Assembly: GCA_010093815.1 (NCBI GenBank)
Contig: ML996574.1
DNA from: Pseudovirgaria hyperparasitica
Taxonomy: Eukaryota
DNA: 64,000 bases
Reading direction: 5' to 3' (one strand)
Part shown: in pieces, positions 49,402-61,690 of the stretch
Layout: every line of letters begins with the position of its first letter
Position numbering within the stretch: position 1 is the stretch's first letter
Made by a program: the position numbers and the translations under genes
The notes under the pieces: generated by a model
Database searches by the model: none
Told to the model about the DNA's origin: nothing
The model's input: only the letters and a program-made list of their open reading frames with translations

Positions 49402-50793
49402 TTAGTCAGTGCTAGTCTTCTCGTCACGACCAATACTAGTTGTATCATTAGGAGAGTTGGCCTTTACAGCAGATGCGATGTCTTTGTCCTGATACAAGTA
49501 TCCAGCCGGCTGATCGCTAAATCGGCCCCTCTCATTTCCCATGTAGCGACATAGCTCTTCGCCCATGCGCAAATATTGACCTTCTTGAACAGATACTATT
49601 GGATCATTTTCGAACAGTACAATCATGTCACTGCCTCCGAGCTGAAAGTATCCCATTTCGTCGCCCTTCACGAGTTGCTCTCCCTCCTCGAGCTTGATCA
49701 CGACGGACGAGCAGACTGACATGCCAACAGGTACTATGGCGACCAGGCCGTGCGGTGTTTGCAGTACGATGAGGCCTCGCGTTTGGTTGAACTGATAGCC
49801 AAAGTCATTGGCGCCAGACAGAACATGTCGAGTCTTGCGGATGTAATGTGTCGAGGAATGGTCTCCATCTATTTCAGTCCTGGGCACAGCTTCGATTTGG
49901 CTGTAATGTGCACCAAGAATCTTTCTTGCTTCGAGAACGACTCCGTCTACAGGGGCATGCATACGATGATAGTCGTGCGGTTGTAGGAAGAGATGTACCA
50001 AAGTGCCATTTGCGAAATGTGGGGCGTACATGCTTCCATCGAACAGTTCGTCGATGTTCCATTCAACAGTCTTCACAGTGACGGTTGCACGTTCCGTTAC
50101 GGGGAACTTCTCCAGGTAAGTGCAGTCTACTGGACTGACGAGTACAGAGCCATCATCCGGAACTGCGATAGGGCGCTTTCCAGGCTTCACGTGCCGAGCA
50201 AAGAAGTCGTTGAACGTAGCCCATCCTCCATCCGGCTTGACGTAGTCGTCGATCTTGAATTTCGGACTCTGAGCGAATGTACGCAGTGTCTCCTCTGAGA
50301 TACTCTCAGGAGTGTTCATGTACTGACCGAACTCCTTGCCAAAGTCGACAATCCAAGTGCTCAACCATGTCAGGGGCACCTTGCTGGCTTGCGGGCGGAT
50401 GGGGGACTGATACACAATCACAGACGGCTGATTGAGCACAAAGTACACCACCGCAAAGCGATGATAGATTGCCGAGGCATCAACATTCTCCGTAGGTGTC
50501 CATGTCAGTATCGAGGAGAGGAAAGAGAGGTAACATGGAAGGCTGGAGAAATGTTCAATGTCGGCTTTAGGTAGATCATACGAGTTTGCCGTCTTGATTG
50601 CTGCTTCAAAGGCCGCTTTGTGTTCGAAACTCGAGTATATCCAGTCCGCGAGCCTGCGTATACATGGGTGGTATAACTCGATGTCAGATGGGGTGAGCTC
50701 CGCGGGTGCCGTACGCTCTCCTGAAACATGATAATGTCGGTGAGGTGCCGTCAGAAAGTCGATGGTAGGTACAGCAGCCATGTTTGTTTGCAT
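49402..50793 (-). CDS. Phosphatidylserine decarboxylase-family pyruvoyl enzyme (stand-alone, no C2 domains)
   Basis: Intronless ORF with TFNDFFAR...KRPI, SPVD, FLQPHDYHRMHAPVDG, VPVG and the self-cleavage motif GYFQLGGS. Start may be 50781. Confidence 0.9.
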   Translation of the reverse strand: MQTNMAAVPTIDFLTAPHRHYHVSGERTAPAELTPSDIELYHPCIRRLADWIYSSFEHKAAFEAAIKTANSYDLPKADIEHFSSLPCYLSFLSSILTWTPTENVDASAIYHRFAVVYFVLNQPSVIVYQSPIRPQASKVPLTWLSTWIVDFGKEFGQYMNTPESISEETLRTFAQSPKFKIDDYVKPDGGWATFNDFFARHVKPGKRPIAVPDDGSVLVSPVDCTYLEKFPVTERATVTVKTVEWNIDELFDGSMYAPHFANGTLVHLFLQPHDYHRMHAPVDGVVLEARKILGAHYSQIEAVPRTEIDGDHSSTHYIRKTRHVLSGANDFGYQFNQTRGLIVLQTPHGLVAIVPVGMSVCSSVVIKLEEGEQLVKGDEMGYFQLGGSDMIVLFENDPIVSVQEGQYLRMGEELCRYMGNERGRFSDQPAGYLYQDKDIASAVKANSPNDTTSIGRDEKTSTD

Positions 50794-53700
50794 TTTGAGG
50801 ATCCAAGAAATCGGGTGTAAAGGATATACTTTGTCTTAACAATGGCATGCATAAATGATCGTCCTCATGGGTGTGCCCCGTATATATCATAGATTGGCAT
50901 TCTACCTACATCACATGGCTAGTAGCATAACCCGAGGGTTTGACTAACATTCAATGTCATGTGTATTCTGTTTTCGTGTAATGACTTCACTATGCATAGA
51001 CTCGGACACAAGTTACGCCGTTTTGTCTTTCCGGAGTAAATAATAAACCTTAGATCCTATTTTCTACTATATCGCTCTATAAACTTGTGTAATTAATGTT
51101 CTGCCCACGTCCTAGAAGCTACGATATATAGCTCTATTAGATTAATATATTTCGAACATAAGCTTCTCCAAGCTTCTGTAGCCAAAGCTTCTTGAGCTAA
51201 TGCCAGCTTTCACTTCTTCTATGACAGATATCTAGTACAGAAGTTTACTCTTATCTTCCTATACCACTGAGTGATTACTCCAACGTTTGATAGTAGACCT
51301 TTTAGTAGAGGTGCTCAACTTGGTCAACTAAAAGACCATTTAGTGTATATTTATTTTCGCCGAAAACATTAACGGTAGACTTACCATATACATGTACATG
51401 GTTCTCTGCTCATGCACTCGATTCCATGATGTGACTAGGAGGGCTGGTCTATGACGAATCACAGCGTGGTTTCGGGCAAATTACGCATTATCACAAAGTC
51501 CTTGCTTCTTCTCCGCTATAAATCAAAGAAATGCCGAGATAACAACTCGCTATTTCACACACTTCTACATTAGCCCCTCAAAGGTATGAATCGAAAGAGG
51601 TGAATGCTCCAAGACTATGGCAAAGCATGCTGAGCTCGTTTATGTGTACGTTATGCACACGTGGTGATCCTCAAAGTATGGGATAATACTAATTGTGGAT
51701 TTAGCGTCACTTTCAGTTCTCCACGTAGTAGTCGATGGTTGCTATATGCGGATCTGGTCTCACGTTCACTGGACGCGTCTTGGTTCAGATACAAGGCATA
51801 GAATTCTGAAGTTCGGGACGCTCCCTACATCGATTTCGATGATCTACCAGGCGATGGCTTTACATTCTGATAAACTTTCGCATCGTTAAGCTCCCGTATC
51901 GACTACATGACCGTGTCGAGGGCCTTTCGCGTCGGTGGACTCTCGCGTCCAGGAACATTATGACAAGAGCTATAGGAAAGAGGTTGATAGAAATTATGGG
52001 GCTCTGGCTGCTCTGGTCATAGGCTCTAGAAATTTTCTCGAGTTACCCTTCGAGACATCATGCTCTCTGTTTGCCATTACAGCCCGCATTCGCCAGAAGG
52101 ATCGCGATGCTAGAAAATGCATTGGTGCCCAATGCATATAGTTTCGTGTGCATGCGCACTATTTTTGCGGTACGAAGATCCACTGTGTGTAAACCTGTTG
52201 ACATGGAATGAAATCAAGATATCTTTGCCAAGAATGCTTGGCCTGTTACAACCTTCATTCGTCCAGATTGCCAGTACAAGTTGGCCATTATCAATCCCTT
52301 CGTTATTTTACATCATATTACAGTCGCTTAGCGCATTTCGAAGGCCATATGACACTCTAAACTTGATCGACACTGCTTGTTCTCATGATCTCCCTTCCCG
52401 GATGGACGTGGGGGCACCCGCCGAAGTCGATATTAATCCTGACATATCGATTGGGATTAAGAGACATTGATACACAATATTGATCTGAGTATGACCGTCT
52501 CGAGTAGTCTTCCTCCCCGATCTTGTTTCACCCATGTCGTCTTGCTATTGATCTACTATTCGTTCATCTATAGGATTAGTATACATTATTGAGGTTTCGT
52601 AGCGCCTGTTCGGATCCTTCTCGGACTGGTTTCCTGTGTCGGCAGATGATACATGAGACCGGAAGGCAAGCCATGATAATGGCAGTGCTCGCTTCGCCCT
52701 GATTACGAAAGTTTAAGTGATTGCCAAGTTATGGACAGAGCGCTACGGAGTAAATTAAGGAGGAAAATTCCGGATCCATGACGCTACTAAATGGGAATTG
52801 TGCGAGTAGTACTGTCATGGCAGTGAGCAAATGCCCTCGGATCAGGAGAAGATCTCGCAGTTACCGCCCCTTTTCTTCACTTCGTTCAGACTGCCAGATT
52901 ACTTACCTAAGAGCTTGGGAAGATTACAATGAATTCATCACATAATATCACGATAAGACCAGCTGCGATTAGTTGATTGGCGTGTGGCCCCCCACGAGAC
53001 GCAGGTAAGTATAGTATCAAAGAGCAGAAGTGAAGTATACGATGTCGATTGTCATCAATCCCGTGACGATCCACCATCGAATATTGTGCTTCCTTGTAAA
53101 TAATGCGCTCATGACCTATCGAAGATTTAAAAGCTTTTAACATAGAACTGTCAGCATGTACGTGACCGGAAGTAGGTTACAATCTGCGGACGATAGTTCA
53201 TGCGAAAGAATCCTTTTCGGAAAAACAAAATTAAGCTTTAGTTGCGTTACTCACTCTCAAAGTTTATCTGTGATCGTGACATGGACTACTCGTGGACTCA
53301 AGAGTACTCTTTGATAGAGGACAGCGACAGGGAAGCAACAAACTCGCATCTACATCCATAAGCCAGTTGGCCATCGTCAAGACTCATTGCGTTATACGTG
53401 TTCAATAGTAAAGGTGTGGCTCCTGCAATTCGCACGGAGTCACAAAGAAAAGCGCTGTAAAAACATTCTGATCATTGCCGCCCTTGGTAATCCATTCCGA
53501 CGATCACCACTGTTCATGTATATATAACAGCACACATAATGCTCCACATGCGCGGCTGCTACGTGGCCCTCGCGAATGAATCATTTTCACATAAAGGATG
53601 CATGTATAGGACAATTACCGCTTTCATATCCTCAAATATTCGATCTTGGATTACCATCCCCACCAATGCCGCATTGTCCACGTAAACAATGAGATCTCAA

Positions 53701-54392
53701 CAGAAAACAAACCTTCGTATTCTGTACTGTCATCCTTTTTGCGCGCATGGTTACCGACATCATCTCTCTTCAATACTGGACGTTGTCACCACAGCCTCTG
53801 CTTAACGCCACATACTATCACCGCCCCACAATTCACACAATCCATACACTGGCGAGACATGTTGTCACATGGCCACACCCAACACTCGCCTTTCAGAGCT
53901 CAATATCGCAGCAAACATATAGACAGTGTCCATCCCGTTTCTAGAGTCATCGTTTCAGGCCAAGGAGATCGGGCAGTAGCGGAAGTGAGTCGAAATATGA
54001 TAGAGGAGGGATTGTCAGACAATATATATATATTTATCAAGGGAGTATCGGGTATGTTGAAGCCATGCATGCCTGTGCTAGAAGTGGTCTTGCGGGGAAT
54101 TCTGTAACGAGCTGCCCTTGGCTTAATGTTGTGAATGAGACAAGAGGAGTACTGACTGCAAAGTATGGATTTTTGTATGTGAAAATGATTCGCGGCGGGT
54201 GATTAGATGCTGTAAGAGACATCGGGAGTGTGGAGGTGATGATTATCGTATGCATTCATATGACGATGCAGCTCGCCATTTCGTCATACTAATGGTGTAT
54301 ATACAGGCTATGCTGTTTAGTGGACACGGACATCAGCTCGTTACAGCGCTTTCATATTACCCAAACAGCCAACTCAATTCGTACTACCAGTC

Positions 54393-56328
54393 TTATTTCT
54401 CCACCTCGCCCGGCGCCTCCTCATCTTTACCCTCCAACGCTGTCTTCTCCCTCCTCTCCTGATCTTTCTCATCCTGTGCCTTCAAGAACTGACAGAATGG
54501 ACTCCTTGCTCGCATCTTTGGCCCAAACACGATGAACGAGAACGGTACTAACGCAATCACCGCACAGATAAAACCCAATGTGCCTGTTGCCCATTGGATG
54601 CCCAAGTCATCGTACATCGGCTTCGCAGCAAATGGTAGCACGGCACCCAACAGACTCCGGCTTCCTGCGGCCGCAGCACTCGCTGAGGCAGCGTACACCC
54701 TGTATGCGTCGACAAGGTAGTTCAGCATGGCCATGAAGAGCAGGAGGTACCCAATGCCAAAAGATATGCCTGATGACGCGGGCACGGCCCAATGGATGTC
54801 AGATTTCGCGGTGAAGCCAGACCAGAACAGACTTGCGACAAGAAACGGCCCCGCTGCACACGCGAGTGGAAGACGACGGTATTCTTCATTCAGTGCCCAC
54901 TTCTTGCCGGCACGCTGGTTTTTTTCAAGAAAATAATCCCACCAGAGATACATGGGGCACGCAATATAAGCTCCTATACCGATGGTGATGAACATCAAGC
55001 CTGTTTTACCGGGACTTAGGCCGTATACACCGCCGTAGATGATCGGGTATGATTCGAGGAAAATGTAGAAGAGAGCGTAGACGAGTGAGAGGTAGAGACT
55101 GGTGAAGAACACAAGAGGTTCTGTGAAGAGCATACGAACCGAGCGACTGAGGACGACGGTGAGGACGTGATAGAGGGTGTTATCTTCGAGCTCAGACGGG
55201 GCAACAATGCTTGGGTCGTTCTTTTCTTTGCGGAGCCTCGCAGCCTTCCAACGGAGGAGAACCGGGCTGTAGGTCTCTTTGTAGACGAGAAGGAATGGCC
55301 ATGTTGCACCTGCGATGAGTGCGCCGAGTCCCCAGGGCCATCGCCATGAGACAGTGGCAAGGTAGCCTGAGAAAACGGGACCGAGAGTTGGACCCCAGCA
55401 TGTTGCGACTATGTATTGTTAGAGGTTTGTTGATTTAGAGATGATCAGACATACCCATATAAAGTGCCAATGCTCGCCCACGTGACTTGGGATTGTGATA
55501 GACATCTGCGCAGATACCGCTGACGACGGATATAGGACACGCGCCCGCGCAGCCGATGAAGAAGCGGAAAATAATGAAAGCAGGCCAATTCGGTGCGAAT
55601 GTGCAACCTATTGAGAAAACCGTGAAGATGAAGAAAGCTCCTATCATAGTGATCTTGCGTCCATACTGTTCGCTAACAGGCCCGGACACTATACTGCCTA
55701 ATACGTAGCCAAACTATAGACATCGTGAGCGAGAAATTTAGGTAACAACATATTATGGCTGACTTACAATGTAGACGGACGTCGGCAGAACCAATTCTTC
55801 CTCGTTGGTTATGGCGAAGTGCTCGCTCAGTTGGTGAGATACGCCGGATCCAAGAGAGCTTGCTACAGTCGAGTTCAAAACTGTCATTATAGAGGTTGCA
55901 ATCGAGTAAAGCTTCCAAAACTACCACAGTGTCAGATCCAGTCTATAGAGCATGCTAAGACGCTACAATTACGCATACCCTCGACCAGTTGTTTGGTTCT
56001 TCTGGAGAGTCGTCCGCAAATGAGATGACATGCTTCGACGGTTCTAGTGACGATGTTCGCATTAAGCCATATTGTGCTGAGCTGTTATTGCACTTCAGAT
56101 CTTGCATGCGAGCTTCTTCCTCTGTATCGACGCCATCATCGTCGTCGTCATAGATCCCATGTTTAAAGTTCTTCCTATTCTCCACCGTGTCTTCAAGCTT
56201 GCGGACTATCTATACGTCAGCTCATTTTGTCGTTGAACAGGCCCGAGTGTACGCGCACATGATCTCGTACATGGAGAGGAGATTTCACTGGGGTTTCGGG
56301 TGTTTATGGTGGGAGTATCGTTATGCAT
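54393..56328 (-). CDS. MFS drug:H+ antiporter (DHA1 family)
   Basis: Confident exons ~56205-55979, 55920-55768, 55713-55455 and 55408-54393; first exon and ATG (56328) uncertain. P-x-NWS, GPVSEQYGRK, FRFFIG, GPTLGP, WRW, ETY-x-P, NYLVDAY. Confidence 0.9.
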
Positions 56329-57137
56329 GATGATAGGACTCGTGGTATCAATACAGTGAGCTCATTAGTGGTAAGGGTGTCTGTCTCTCAAATGTGCGAG
56401 TTTAACCAAAGCCGAATTAAGGATGACAAAGACTAAAGTACGGTCTACGTCGAGTTGAAGTCTGCCAGGACATGTTTCAGAAGAAAGACGTCGGACTGCT
56501 ATAGGTCAGCCAGGCCCGAGGTATTTGCAAAAGCTGCACCAAGAGATGATGCTTGTAGAATGAAAACCTTATGCAGGTGCAATGCAATACGTATGCAATG
56601 AGTTGCAGCGTGCAGCGTAAGAATGATCGGTTATGGCGGCAGGTATTCGTTACAAGTGAAGGAGAAAGTCCCTCTCGACCGACGGTAAACTTCTGAGTGA
56701 TTCATGAGGGGCCCGACGTCCATCATTCGATAACATTCCTAAGCCTGCGATGCCCGACCTTGACTAGCTTACTGCTACTAAGCGATATAGTGTCACACCG
56801 CCAGCGTCTGTCCAATCATGGCAGTGACCTTGTTCTATCACCATATTTCAGCTTCGTGTTGCATCAATTTTCAACCGGTTTGGTAGGCATATCGGAGAAT
56901 CTGGCGGCAAGGGCCGGATCATGTGGCGTCTTCCGGGACGGCGGTTTCTTGCAAGAGCAGCAATCATCCTTGATGACAAAGCGCAGGGGTGCGTGAAACT
57001 TTCATTCTCAGGGTGCGATAAAAAAACTGCGAAGCAACTTGAGGTTGAGCAGGTCGTCGTTCCGCTGATACGTGCTGCTGAATGGAGGTAATTGGTTGGA
57101 GTGATGCATTTCTTTGCTGTCGGGTCTATAACCGAAT

Positions 57138-57798
57138 TTACGTCTCCAGATTGATGCTCCGTCCAAACCTCGCGTACAGCGCAACCTTCAACTCCTGCAT
57201 TTCCTCTCGCGTCGTCTCTAGCTTCTCCTCTAGACTCGTCACTTCTTTGTCGATTTCCTCAGTCGATGCCGACAAAAGCTCTAGCACCTCTGGCTGAGGA
57301 ATCGATACAAAGCAGTCTCCAATCTTGTATCTAGACAGTCAGTGAGCAATGACTGGTCGCCACAAATTTTTTGTGAGCATATCAAATGAATCCTGATACA
57401 CACGCACGACTAGGAGAGGTCGTTGAGACTTACGGGACTTTCTCGTCTTCGTCTACAAGCTCCAGTTCAGTCGACACTTCTTCAAGATCTTCCTTGTCTT
57501 TCTATAAACACAAGGAGTGCATTAGTGATTGATGCTGCGGAGCTGAGCTCACCATGACGCCCATCTGGCGCGTTCACCAAACGTACCCTCTTCGCCGCTA
57601 GCTCTTCTTCGAGCTTTGCCTCGCGTTGATGTAGTCTGCTGAACTTGTTGATCTTGTCTTGATCTTCACGACGCACTTCCATTTCTTCACCGCCAGTCGC
57701 TGCCTCATCTTCCCTGGTGAGCTTCACATCAAGGTCAGCTGCGCTTCGCGCCCTGTCTTCTCTGAAACGCTTCTCACCATGCGACGATTTAGATTCAT
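57138..57798 (-). CDS. GIM3: Prefoldin subunit 4
   Basis: Exons 57798-57778, 57721-57587, 57501-57434 and 57330-57138. EVRREDQDKINKFSRL, ELELVDEDEKVPYKIGDCF, LKVALYARFGRSINLE. Confidence 0.93.
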
Positions 57799-58276
57799 CT
57801 TTAGCGTGGAGTGCTGATTAATGCCCGACGATATGAAGATGAGCAAAGGGCAACAAGATGATAGCTGACAACGGAAGAAGGATGTTGTTCTGCTTTTGGC
57901 AGGATTGAGCGTCGTAAAGAAATGCGCTGCACCGTAAAGTGGAAAGCTCTTGACGGCAATGCACGGACCAGTATGTATACGTGCCTGAGGCAGTAAGGCA
58001 TCATATGTCCTGAGGCAACATGCTCATGACCCCTGTCAACATTATGACTTCCACGAATCGGGTAATTGTTTCTCATCACTATATTAGATATATTATGTCT
58101 AATTCATAGCGATGTGTACTATGACAATCATACGCAGGAGGAGCAAGGAGCATTGAAACCCGTTGAGTAAATTATCCAGGAATGTGAATGAGATGTTACC
58201 ACATCGCAGTATAAAACATATTTCACGGCGCAAACCATGGACAAGTTCTTCAGCGAAGACAATTTCGTTTTTCACA

Positions 58277-59323
58277 ATGAGAAGTCTACTAGCAGTACTC
58301 GCGGCGATATGTTCGCTCGTGACAGTTGCATCTGGCCACGGGTATGTACACGTCCGTTATTTCCTGTGGCTTTGTTGTCCCCATTTCTTCCTCCATGTTC
58401 TTTCTACTCTCTTCAATATCATACTAACACTGACCACAGCTGGATCCATCGCCACATTCTCAACGGAATAACCTACATTGGCTTCCTTCCCGAGAACAAA
58501 CCCATCTTTACAGACCCTGCACCCTCCATTGTTCGCCGGGTTGGTAGCGATGGCCCGGTCACCGATATCCATAGGTACATACAGCTTAATGTCGCTTTCT
58601 GCATGTTCTTTACCTGGCTATCCCCCCCGAAAAGAGTCTCATCACTGTTTCACAATCACCTCGTGCCTCATCTTACCAGACAAACTGACACCATCCCACT
58701 CAGCAACGACATAACATGCAACTTCAACGCCACTCCAATCGCGAACTCTGACGGCACATCCCGCGTAGGTAAGGTCACTGCCGGCACAAACCTCACCGTC
58801 TATTGGCAAGGCTGGCCGCACTCAGGTCCCATCGTTACATACATGGCGCGGTGTACGCCCAACTGCTCCACATTCACGGGTCGTGAAGGCGCCGTGTGGT
58901 TCAAAATCGATGAGTTCGGGTACCAGATACCGTCGGGTGATACAGCGGGCAGTGAGCTGTGGGGGACGCAACAGCTTGACACGCAGAAATACTACTGGAA
59001 TGTGACCATTCCAGCGTGTCTTGAGAACGGAGAGTACCTGTTCCGACATGAGATTATTGCCTTGAGTGAATGCAAGGTGTGTAAGAGTTCGGTAGGGGAG
59101 GAAACTGTTCGAGTGCTAATGAATATTACAGACGAAGGGCAAGTGTCAGTTTTATCCGAGTTGTGCACAGATCGAGGTTATAGGAGGAGCGGGGGTAAAG
59201 CCGGACGGATTGGTGAGTTTTCCGGGGGCGTATACAGATGCGAGTGTGTATTGGGATACCAATACTATGGACCCAAAGGGCTATGTTATGCCCGGGCCGA
59301 AGGTTTGGAAGTGTCCTGGCTAA
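58277..59323 (+). CDS. AA9 lytic polysaccharide monooxygenase
   Basis: Exons 58277-58341, 58440-58574, 58704-59076 and 59132-59323. Signal peptide then His1 (HG), DITCN, WPHSGPIVTYMARC, WFKIDEFG, GEYLFRHEIIAL, QFYPSCAQ, SFPGAY, PGP. Confidence 0.93.
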
Positions 59324-59999
59324 GAGTGTGGAGGAAGGGAGTCGGAGGGAGGGTTGTGGGTTTGTAAAGAGGTTCAAGAGAACGATGACTAGATGTGGAG
59401 AGAATACACATGTAGATATTCGCCACAATTGCGCACTATCATCCCTTCACGAAAAACATATCTTTGGTGCACTACAATATCATCTCACATCATTATCGCG
59501 GCACCTAACCTGACACTCCCAGATCTCATATGTATATAACCCCTATTCCGTCCACCTCTCCCAATTGCTTAGCTGTGCAGGTCAACATATCACACTAATA
59601 GCGCCCTATCGTGCTGTGTCACCACAAAATCTTCGTCTTGTTTTCTTGATCGACCGCGGTGATCGTTTTTGGGATCTAGACGCGATGCACACATTGTGGT
59701 CATGCGTTCAAAATTGCGTAATCTCGAATTAGATGTAGACAATATTGTCTTTTGCAGGGCGTTGTGCTCAACGGCGATAATTACTGCCGTTGTAGCTGTG
59801 CGAAGGGCTGTATTGTATCCTGTGTATGATACTCACGATTAATAAGGAGGGACGTTACATTATTTTGATATTTCACATGCCTCATGTTACTTATCCTATC
59901 ATGTCTTCATTAGAGTTACAGACTCGAATGTTCTTTTCATTCTTTTTATATTGTCTGATCTCAAGAGCATGGATTTTGTTCAACAAAGTGTATCGTTCC

Positions 60000-60470
60000 A
60001 ACGTCTAGTATAGTGTGCTATGACTCATGAGGTGGGACTTGATACCGTGGTTACTTATTTCTAAGACTTTAAATCTAGTGACCTACTGTTGTAGATGTAT
60101 TTCACGACATAAGAGACCGATATCTATATCCTACCTTCTCTGACTATGAATTTTGACTTTCTCTTATTCATTGAAATATTACGAAACATTTGCTCTCTGT
60201 ATAGTGTCGAGTATATTAGGCCCTAAATATATGTCTAGTATAATAGTATCTATGTATAGAAGAGATAGATAATGCTTACTATCTCTACTAGTGCACGAAG
60301 AATTTAGTATTTCATCTCGAAGATTCTATTCATAGCAAGGGTAGTATCTCCTAGAATATTAATATCAATATGCATAGTTGATATGCTATGAGTCTAACGT
60401 GTGCTCTCGGTTAGTAATCTAATATGAACTTGGTATTTTTGACATTTGCCGAGTTAGGTTTAGTTTCTCA
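60000..60470. other. AT/TpA-rich degenerate tract (possible RIP relic)
   Basis: Low GC, abundant TA/CTAG/TATA, no ORF; judged by eye. Confidence 0.4.
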
Positions 60471-60793
60471 TTAGGTGTACTGTGCCGTATTCAACAAACC
60501 TCCAACAACACCATGGGATTGACAATCGATGTAGTGCATGAAACCAGTGACCCCCTCAGACCTCTATCTGCGTTATATTATCTATGCACGTTGATCTTAT
60601 GCGTTCTTTTTCAGTGCCAGCAAGCATCTACCCAAACACGAATGATCTAATAAAGACGCGTTGTCGCGTAATCAACCGCGACGCGTGAGCGGCGCACTTC
60701 TATTAAAAAGGGCGACATTGGGAGGTCGAGCCAGTAATACAATACTTACGAGAATCTTCCATCACGAATCTCATCCATTCAGCAGGCTCGAAC

Positions 60794-61690
60794 ATGCCAG
60801 ATACACCTTCAGACAACCTGGATGAGCCATATCCCGCCAATTCTGTAACCGAACAGCTGCAAATCCCCGACAACACCCTGGACGGTCGCTTCTCCAAAAC
60901 CAACTTTCCTTTCCAGAAGAGCCAAAATCCGCATCAACCCTTGAATTCACTTGGCCACCTCGATATGCTGCCCGTCGAACTGCTCTCGGAAGTGCTATTA
61001 GATTTGGATGTGTGTACTCTTATGGCATTCCGATGTGTAAATCGACAGGCCATAGCAATAGTTGATTCATTGCCAAATTTCCGCAGAGTCGTCGAAAACT
61101 GCATTGACGTTATCCGCGCCATCGTGGCAACAGGAGCGAATGACTACACCTTCAACACGCTATATAATCGTCTTTCAATGAGTGACTGTGTAAAGTGTGG
61201 CAGATTTGGCGGGTATCTATACCTGATTACCTGCCAGCGGTTATGCTACTTCTGCTTCACTAGGGACGAGGCATTCTATCCCATTACGGAGTCCACAGCG
61301 CGTCGTATCGGCATCAGAAAGGGTGATCTCAAAAAGTTGCCTCATCTTCTCAGCCTTCCTGGTCAATACACAGGCTTTGAAAAGCTCTCGAAAAAAAGGA
61401 TAAAACTCTTCGATCGAGAAGCAGTGCAGCAAAGAGCGCAAGATGACAGGTGGATCGTCGTGACAGGTCGACAGATAGACCGTACAACGCTGGAGCCAGC
61501 GCGTTACATGGTTATTATCTCAGTTCCCCACTTTCGCACTGGCAATGGCATTGATAGGGGTGTGCATTGCCTTGGATGTCGAGATATCCTTGAGAAACGA
61601 ATCAAATACAGCCAAACCGCAATACTTGATCATTTCAGGCAATGCGGACCGGTGCGAGAGATCCGGGGACGCATGCAACATGTGCCATGA
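60794..61690 (+). CDS. F-box protein with Cys-rich (CxxC) C-terminal region
   Basis: LDMLPVELLSEVLLDLD...FRCVNR F-box; CVKCGRFGGYLYLITCQRLCYFC; CLGC. Confidence 0.85.
   Translation: MPDTPSDNLDEPYPANSVTEQLQIPDNTLDGRFSKTNFPFQKSQNPHQPLNSLGHLDMLPVELLSEVLLDLDVCTLMAFRCVNRQAIAIVDSLPNFRRVVENCIDVIRAIVATGANDYTFNTLYNRLSMSDCVKCGRFGGYLYLITCQRLCYFCFTRDEAFYPITESTARRIGIRKGDLKKLPHLLSLPGQYTGFEKLSKKRIKLFDREAVQQRAQDDRWIVVTGRQIDRTTLEPARYMVIISVPHFRTGNGIDRGVHCLGCRDILEKRIKYSQTAILDHFRQCGPVREIRGRMQHVP

Noticed and set aside
51000..54300. Several 60-150-aa ORFs in the spacer between the decarboxylase and MFS genes
   Set aside because: Mostly non-ATG starts, no coding-like composition, and no transposase or other domain recognised.
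58237..59367. 376-aa continuous ORF over the AA9 locus
   Set aside because: It reads through introns; the spliced model gives the signal peptide, His1 and the QFY motif, which this ORF lacks.
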